64,000 nt of DNA from an uncultured Actinomycetota bacterium (GTDB taxonomy: Bacteria > Actinomycetota > Humimicrobiia > Humimicrobiales > Humimicrobiaceae). Positions 58,269-64,000 of this stretch are shown piece by piece (position 1 is the first letter of the stretch; each line of letters opens with the position of its first letter). The notes beneath the pieces are model-generated. The model did not search any database. It was not told where the DNA came from and was given only the letters and a program-made list of their open reading frames with translations. Location of the stretch: positions 11,071-75,070 of the forward strand of contig CAYPYW010000010.1 of NCBI GenBank assembly GCA_964415365.1, read 5' to 3'. The position numbers were made by a program, and so were the translations under genes.

Positions 58269-59062
58269 AAAGAATAGTGGTGTCTGGCATTTGTGGAAAT
58301 ATGGGGATATCTATTTCCAGGGAATTGATAAAAGAAGAGGAAATAGAATTGGTCGGAGGTTTTGATGTTATAAATGCAGGTGTTGATATAGGTGAGTTTT
58401 TAATTGGTAAGAAAACAGGGTACAAAATTTACAGTTCCTATGAAGATATTAAAGAATTGAGTCCGGATATTATTATTGATTTTACGAACGCTGATGCTGC
58501 CAGGAAGAATATTAATTGGGCTATTGATAATAATATAAATATAATAGTGGGAACTACTGGCTTGAGTAATGAGGATTTAAACAAAATTAAGAGTAAGGCT
58601 TTAAAATCCGGCAGTAAAACTCTTATTGCTCCCAATTTTTCTATTGGAGCTGTAATTATGATTAAAATTTCAAAGATGATATCAAAATATTTTGATAATT
58701 GTGAAATAATTGAACTGCACCATGATAAAAAGAAAGATGCTCCTTCCGGCACTTCTATATTGGCGGCGGACGAGATAAACCTTGAAAGCAATTTTAACAA
58801 GTCCAGGCTAAAAGAGGGTGAAACCGAGACCATAGAAGGTTGCAGGGGAGGATTTACTGGTGGCATTCATATTCATAGCATAAGACTGCCAGGACTGCTG
58901 GCACATCAGAATGTTATTTTCGGAGCAAAAGGTCAGACTCTATCTATAAAACATGACAGTCTGGACAGGTCATCATTTTATCCAGGTGTCATTCTTGCTA
59001 TAAGGAATCTTGATAAGCTTTCTAATTATACTTTTGGATTGGATAAGTTGATAGATATTTAA
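58265..59062 (+). CDS. dapB: 4-hydroxy-tetrahydrodipicolinate reductase
   Basis: N-terminal Rossmann VVSGICGNMG; C-terminal DapB domain; ATGA overlap with upstream stop. Confidence 0.9.
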   Translation: MKRIVVSGICGNMGISISRELIKEEEIELVGGFDVINAGVDIGEFLIGKKTGYKIYSSYEDIKELSPDIIIDFTNADAARKNINWAIDNNINIIVGTTGLSNEDLNKIKSKALKSGSKTLIAPNFSIGAVIMIKISKMISKYFDNCEIIELHHDKKKDAPSGTSILAADEINLESNFNKSRLKEGETETIEGCRGGFTGGIHIHSIRLPGLLAHQNVIFGAKGQTLSIKHDSLDRSSFYPGVILAIRNLDKLSNYTFGLDKLIDI

Positions 59063-59088
59063 TCGTATTATTATTTGAGGAGGATTAT

Positions 59089-59973
59089 ATGATAAATATA
59101 GGTGAGGTAATTACAGCTGTAGTAACGCCATTTGATAAAAACTATAATCTGGATCTGGATTCTTACAGAAAGCTTATAAGCTATTTGATTGATGAGGGAA
59201 GTGATGGAATCGTAATATCGGGCTCCACTGGAGAATCTTCAACCCTGGACGACGATGAAAAGATAAGATTATTTAAATTTGCGAAAGATAATTTCGGGGA
59301 TAAAATTAAAATTATTGCCGGAACGGGTTCTAATGATACCAGACATTCTATAGAGTTATCGAAGGAAGCAGAGAAGGCAGGAGTGGACTGTCTGCTGCTT
59401 GTTGCGCCTTATTATAATAGACCTTCTCAGTGGGGTCTTTTTAAACATTTTGAGGCAATTGCCGGCGAGGTTAAAGCTCCTATAATACTATATAATGTTC
59501 CTTCAAGAACTTCATCTAATATAAGTTCAAAAACCTGTGTGGAATTGTCAAAAATTAATAATATTTGTGGAATCAAGGAAGCCAGCGGTGACATGAGACA
59601 GATTTCGGAAATAATCAGGGATACTGGTGAGGATTTTCTGGTATACAGTGGAAATGATGGCGATACATTACCCATATTATCTCTGGGTGGATATGGAGTT
59701 ATTAGTGTTGCTTCTCATATTATAGGCAGGGAAATAAAAGAAATGATAACCAGTTTTAAAAGAGGGGACTATAGAAAAGCGGCTAAACTGCACCGGGATC
59801 TGGTAGATATATTTCATGGAATTTTTATAGCTACAAATCCGGTTCCTATTAAAGAGGCGTTAAATTTAAAGGGTATCAATGTTGGTCCATGCAGACTTCC
59901 ATTATGCCCTATGGAAGATAAAGAACTAATGGCTTTTAAGGAGATTCTAAGAAAGCATGAGATAATTAATTAG
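59089..59973 (+). CDS. dapA: 4-hydroxy-tetrahydrodipicolinate synthase
   Basis: AVVTPFDKN...; DHDPS fold pattern including ...YNVPSRT...; 294 aa. Confidence 0.9.
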   Translation: MINIGEVITAVVTPFDKNYNLDLDSYRKLISYLIDEGSDGIVISGSTGESSTLDDDEKIRLFKFAKDNFGDKIKIIAGTGSNDTRHSIELSKEAEKAGVDCLLLVAPYYNRPSQWGLFKHFEAIAGEVKAPIILYNVPSRTSSNISSKTCVELSKINNICGIKEASGDMRQISEIIRDTGEDFLVYSGNDGDTLPILSLGGYGVISVASHIIGREIKEMITSFKRGDYRKAAKLHRDLVDIFHGIFIATNPVPIKEALNLKGINVGPCRLPLCPMEDKELMAFKEILRKHEIIN

Positions 59974-60003
59974 CTAGAGGTGAGATTTTGTAAGTAAATA
60001 ATT

Positions 60004-61680
60004 ATGGCAAGAAAAACCAGTTTAAAATTAATACCGTTGGGAGGTCTTAGTGGTATTGGCAAGAATATGATGATCCTTGAAAAAGATAATCATATTATAA
60101 TTGTTGATTGCGGAATAATGTTTCCGGAAGATGATATGCCAGGAGTTGATTTTATAATACCGGATTTTTCATATGTTAAGAAAAATGAAAGTAAAGTAAA
60201 AGCAATAATACTTACCCACGGGCATGAAGATCATATAAGCGGTCTCCCGTTTTTATTTAAAGAAATTAGTGCACCACCTGTATTTGCTACTAAGCTTACT
60301 ATAGGTTTAACTAAAATAAAGTTCGATAGCTCGCGAAATGTGATTCCTGTTAACTATAATGAGATTGATCCTGATGAGCCATTGGACATAGGACCGTTTC
60401 ATATAGATTTTTTCAGGGTCAATCATAGTGTACCGGATGGTGTTGGATTGATTGTAAAAACGGATGTAGGAACTGTAGTCCACACTGGAGATTTTAAATT
60501 TGATTATGCACCTATTGATAATAGAGTTACCCAATTTTCAAAAATTGCCAGGGCCGGTGAAGAAGGTGTACTGGCTCTTTTATGCGATAGCACTAATGCG
60601 GAGGAAATAGGATATACTCTTCCGGAAAAAGATGTGGGTAAAACGCTGTTTGAAAAATTTGAGAAGGCTTCGAAAAGAATTATTGTTGCCACTTTCTCTT
60701 CTCATATACACAGGATACAACAAGTACTTGATGTGGCTAACAAACTGGAAAAAAAAGTCGCTATTTCCGGTAAATCAATCCTGAAAACTATTAGAATTTC
60801 TGCCGAATTAGGCTACTTAAAGATTCCTGAAAATACTATAGTTCCGATATCCAAAATTGATGAGTTCCCTATAAAAGAAATAGTAATACTTTCTACAGGG
60901 AGTCAGGGTGAGCCACTATCAGCTCTGAACCGAATGGCTCTGGGAGAACATAAGAGAGTTAGCATTATGAAGGGGGACATGGTGATAATCTCAGCTTCAC
61001 CAGTTCCGGGAAATGAAAGAGCTATATCCAATACTATTAACAGGCTCATAAAACAGGGAGCAGATGTTTTTTATGAATCTATCGCAGGTGTTCATGTGTC
61101 CGGTCACGCCGCACGGGAAGAAATAAAAATTATGATAAATTTGGTAAATCCCAAATACTTTATTCCTATCCATGGAGAAGATAAACATAAAATTCAGAAT
61201 GCACAAATAGCAGAGTCGATGGGGATAAATGAAAAAAATATCATTATAGCTGAAGACGGCGATATTATTAAAATGAATTCTAATTTTTGCAGGGTTTCGG
61301 GTAACTTGCATCCACAAACTATTTATGTGGATGGTGTTGGTATGGGGAATATAGAAGATATAGTTCTTAAAGACAGAAAAGCATTATCGAGGAGTGGAAT
61401 TATATTTATAGTAATCGGGGTAGATTATATCGGGAAAAAAATTTTGTGTGAGCCTGATTTTATCCTGAAGGGGATAATATATATTGAGGATTTGAAGAAA
61501 CTTTTAAGTGAAGCTAAGAAAATTATAAGGGATTCAATAAAAACATGTTTTGATAACAATATGGTAGGCAGAGCAGTGATAGAAGATTCTGTCAATGACA
61601 GGATGGAAAAATTTATTTTTAAAAAAGCAGGAATAAGACCTATAATAATAACCAAGATTCTTAGTCTTGACAAACATTAA
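60004..61680 (+). CDS. rnj: ribonuclease J
   Basis: Metallo-beta-lactamase motif THGHEDHISGLPFL; beta-CASP and C-terminal domain; 558 aa. Confidence 0.9.
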   Translation: MARKTSLKLIPLGGLSGIGKNMMILEKDNHIIIVDCGIMFPEDDMPGVDFIIPDFSYVKKNESKVKAIILTHGHEDHISGLPFLFKEISAPPVFATKLTIGLTKIKFDSSRNVIPVNYNEIDPDEPLDIGPFHIDFFRVNHSVPDGVGLIVKTDVGTVVHTGDFKFDYAPIDNRVTQFSKIARAGEEGVLALLCDSTNAEEIGYTLPEKDVGKTLFEKFEKASKRIIVATFSSHIHRIQQVLDVANKLEKKVAISGKSILKTIRISAELGYLKIPENTIVPISKIDEFPIKEIVILSTGSQGEPLSALNRMALGEHKRVSIMKGDMVIISASPVPGNERAISNTINRLIKQGADVFYESIAGVHVSGHAAREEIKIMINLVNPKYFIPIHGEDKHKIQNAQIAESMGINEKNIIIAEDGDIIKMNSNFCRVSGNLHPQTIYVDGVGMGNIEDIVLKDRKALSRSGIIFIVIGVDYIGKKILCEPDFILKGIIYIEDLKKLLSEAKKIIRDSIKTCFDNNMVGRAVIEDSVNDRMEKFIFKKAGIRPIIITKILSLDKH

Positions 61681-61704
61681 TTAAAATTTAAATCCTTAAA
61701 AAAT

Positions 61705-63981
61705 ATGACTGGAAGAAATCATAAGAGAAAAAAAACAATAAAAGCTCGGAATAGATCAGATTCGGCCAACCCTAAAAATAGAAAAAAATATGTTAAGAGA
61801 AGAACCGAGGTCTATGGTGTTTTAATAATAGCAGTTTCGGTGCTACTATTTATCAGTGTATACGGCTTTTCGGATTCTGGTGTTGTAAATGCATCAGTGA
61901 ATGATTTTTTGTCTTTTACTTTCGGAATCGGTAAATTTTTAATACCTTTTATGCTTTTAATCTGGGGTTTTAGTTTCTTCCTGAAAAGAATCCGCCTTTT
62001 ACCTTCGAGTTTTGGTTGGGGATTTTTCTTGTTATTTTTCTCTATACTGGGAATTGTAAGCAACAACTTTAACTACACAAATATTTTTGATGAGGTTCTG
62101 GTAAAGACTAGAGGAGGGATCACAGGGGCCGGGATTTTTTATGGATTGTATAAACTTTTTAGCAGTGCTGGTGCTGTGGTAGTACTGGGGGTTCTGCTGG
62201 TTATATCGGTATTAATTATTACTAAAATATCCCTGATAGATGTTGCTAAAAAAATAGTCTACTTATTTAAAAAGATGAATTTCAGGGCTGCAGGTAATTT
62301 ATTCAGGAGACATGCCGTAGATAAATTTGCCGTTGAATCGAAAGAACCGGTAATGAATAATAATGAATACAAAAATCAGGAGAAGGTTGAATTAAAAAAG
62401 GCCAGAGTTATCGAAGATACTAACAAAATGCTTAAGGGAAGAGTGGAAATACCAGAAGAACTTATTAAGAAAGCTGGCACAGTTGAAGTTGAGAGCAACC
62501 AATTAAAGATACCGATAATAAAAAACAAAGATCTGGGGACTAGTTACAGAATGCCTCCTATAAATTTACTAAAGAAATCCAAAAACCTGCCATCTAAATT
62601 ATATAAGCAAGGCGTAAAGGAAAGGGCATATACCTTAAACAGACTATTCAATGATTTTAATTTGGATGCCAAAATAGACAGGGTAGTTGGTGGTCCTACG
62701 GTAACACTTTATGAACTAAAACTTTCACCCGGGGTTAAAGTGCAAAGATTACTCAGTCTGGAAGATGATTTCTGTGTCGCTCTGGGCTCACCGGATTTAC
62801 GGATTCTTACACCTATACCCGGGAGATCTGCCATTGGTATAGAAGTTCCTAATAGTGTCAGAAGTATAGTTACTCTGGGAGATATTTATTCTGAGAGTGA
62901 TAAGAATCTAACCGATAATTTATTGAATGTTCCACTGGGGAAAAGCCTCTCCGGGAATATTGTTTACATGGATATAACTAAAATGCCACACATACTTATT
63001 GCCGGTGCTACTAATTCCGGGAAAAGCTCGTGTCTTAACAGCATTATAATTTCTCTTCTAATGAAGGTAAGTCCTAGCAACGTCAGATTTATTATGATTG
63101 ACCCAAAGATGGTGGAGCTCAGTATTTATAATGGAATACCCCATCTTTTATCTCCGGTCGTAATCAATCCAAAGAAAGCTTCCTCAGCCCTTTCATGGAT
63201 AGTGGAAGAAATGGAAAACAGGTTCAAGAAACTGGTTAGAAGAAATTTTAAGTCCCTGGAAATGTACAATTTTGAGGCAGAGAGAAGTGAGAGTGAGGAT
63301 GAGAATTTTAAGCCCTTACCATATATACTGGTCTTTATCGATGAACTGGCTGATCTGATGATGTTATCAGCTTCGGAAGTGGAGGACAGCATATGCAGGA
63401 TTGCGCAAATGGGGAGAGCAGTTGGCATTCATTTGATAATATCAACCCAGAGACCTTCAGTTAACATAATAACTGGTCTGATTAAAGCAAATATACCCTC
63501 GAGGATTGCGTTCATGGTTGCATCAAGTGTGGATTCCAGAGTTATCCTGGACTGTAATGGAGCAGAAAAATTAGTGGGTAAAGGAGATATGCTATATCTA
63601 CCCTATTATTCCAACAGACCGGAAAGAATTCAGGGAGCTTTCGTGACTTCAAGCGAGATAGAGATGGTCACCGGATATATAAGAAATATCGGTACTCCTG
63701 AGTACAGCCTGGAAATTTCGAAAAGAATAAGTGAGGAAAAAAAAGATATACATGATGAAGATGACCTGTTCTACGAGGCTTTAAGAGTAGTCGTAGATTT
63801 TGGACATGCATCAGCTTCGTTATTACAGAGGAGACTGAAAATAGGTTATTCAAGAGCCGCGAGAATTATTGATCAAATGGAAGATAGAGAACTGATTAGC
63901 GGTTTTGACGGCAGTAAACCCAGGGAAGTATTAATCTCAAAGGAAGATTTAATCAAAATGCTGGAAGAAAAAGAAAGTTAG
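61705..63981 (+). CDS. ftsK: DNA translocase FtsK/SpoIIIE
   Basis: N-terminal TM helices; Walker A AGATNSGKSS; Walker B FIDELADLM; C-terminal gamma winged helix LLQRRLKIGYSRAARIIDQME. Confidence 0.9.
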   Translation: MTGRNHKRKKTIKARNRSDSANPKNRKKYVKRRTEVYGVLIIAVSVLLFISVYGFSDSGVVNASVNDFLSFTFGIGKFLIPFMLLIWGFSFFLKRIRLLPSSFGWGFFLLFFSILGIVSNNFNYTNIFDEVLVKTRGGITGAGIFYGLYKLFSSAGAVVVLGVLLVISVLIITKISLIDVAKKIVYLFKKMNFRAAGNLFRRHAVDKFAVESKEPVMNNNEYKNQEKVELKKARVIEDTNKMLKGRVEIPEELIKKAGTVEVESNQLKIPIIKNKDLGTSYRMPPINLLKKSKNLPSKLYKQGVKERAYTLNRLFNDFNLDAKIDRVVGGPTVTLYELKLSPGVKVQRLLSLEDDFCVALGSPDLRILTPIPGRSAIGIEVPNSVRSIVTLGDIYSESDKNLTDNLLNVPLGKSLSGNIVYMDITKMPHILIAGATNSGKSSCLNSIIISLLMKVSPSNVRFIMIDPKMVELSIYNGIPHLLSPVVINPKKASSALSWIVEEMENRFKKLVRRNFKSLEMYNFEAERSESEDENFKPLPYILVFIDELADLMMLSASEVEDSICRIAQMGRAVGIHLIISTQRPSVNIITGLIKANIPSRIAFMVASSVDSRVILDCNGAEKLVGKGDMLYLPYYSNRPERIQGAFVTSSEIEMVTGYIRNIGTPEYSLEISKRISEEKKDIHDEDDLFYEALRVVVDFGHASASLLQRRLKIGYSRAARIIDQMEDRELISGFDGSKPREVLISKEDLIKMLEEKES

Positions 63982-64000
63982 AAATCTTTGAGAATTCCAA

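Overview
This window reads as a chromosomal core segment from a low-GC, Firmicutes/Terrabacteria-like anaerobe. By hand count housekeeping genes are about 39% GC. It holds roughly 65 genes, and every one except rpmB is on the + strand. Classic conserved blocks are present: (mihF-like fragment)-gmk-rpoZ-coaBC-metK-priA-def-fmt-rsmB; rpmB(-)/yloV-rsmD-coaD; rpmF-[ADP-forming acetyl-CoA synthetase + Pta-N-like DRTGG protein]-plsX-acpP-rnc-smc-ftsY-ffh-rpsP-KH-rimM-trmD-rplS-lepB-rnhB-yraN-[GAF/PAS/HD-GYP + DUF3795]-yifB-dprA-x-xerC; rpsB-tsf-pyrH-frr-uppS-rseP-ispG-proS-recD2; nusA-infB-rbfA-nrnA-truB(frameshifted)-ribF-rpsO-pnp-M16 peptidase-dapB-dapA-rnj-ftsK. The main accessory feature is a ~4.4 kb island at 8806-13220, inserted where Firmicutes carry rlmN-prpC-prkC-rsgA-rpe between rsmB and rpmB. 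It contains (i) a 229-bp MITE-like element with ~24-bp imperfect terminal inverted repeats and a 9-bp target-site duplication, (ii) a vapBC (RHH antitoxin / PIN toxin) pair with a palindromic operator, and (iii) a 1021-aa single-gene candidate defence protein with an N-terminal DUF4011-like region, a Dna2/Upf1-like SF1 helicase core and a C-terminal DUF559/Vsr-like PD-(D/E)xK endonuclease. That gene is markedly AT-richer (about 28% GC) and lacks a Shine-Dalgarno. Other points of note are a hinge-less short SMC (771 aa), a truB gene interrupted at a T9A8 homopolymer, two conserved genes (yraN, M16 peptidase) with no canonical start codon, a promoter-terminator-RBS leader before nusA, a leaderless yifB, and a proS lacking the INS editing domain. 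No rRNA, tRNA or CRISPR was seen by eye.
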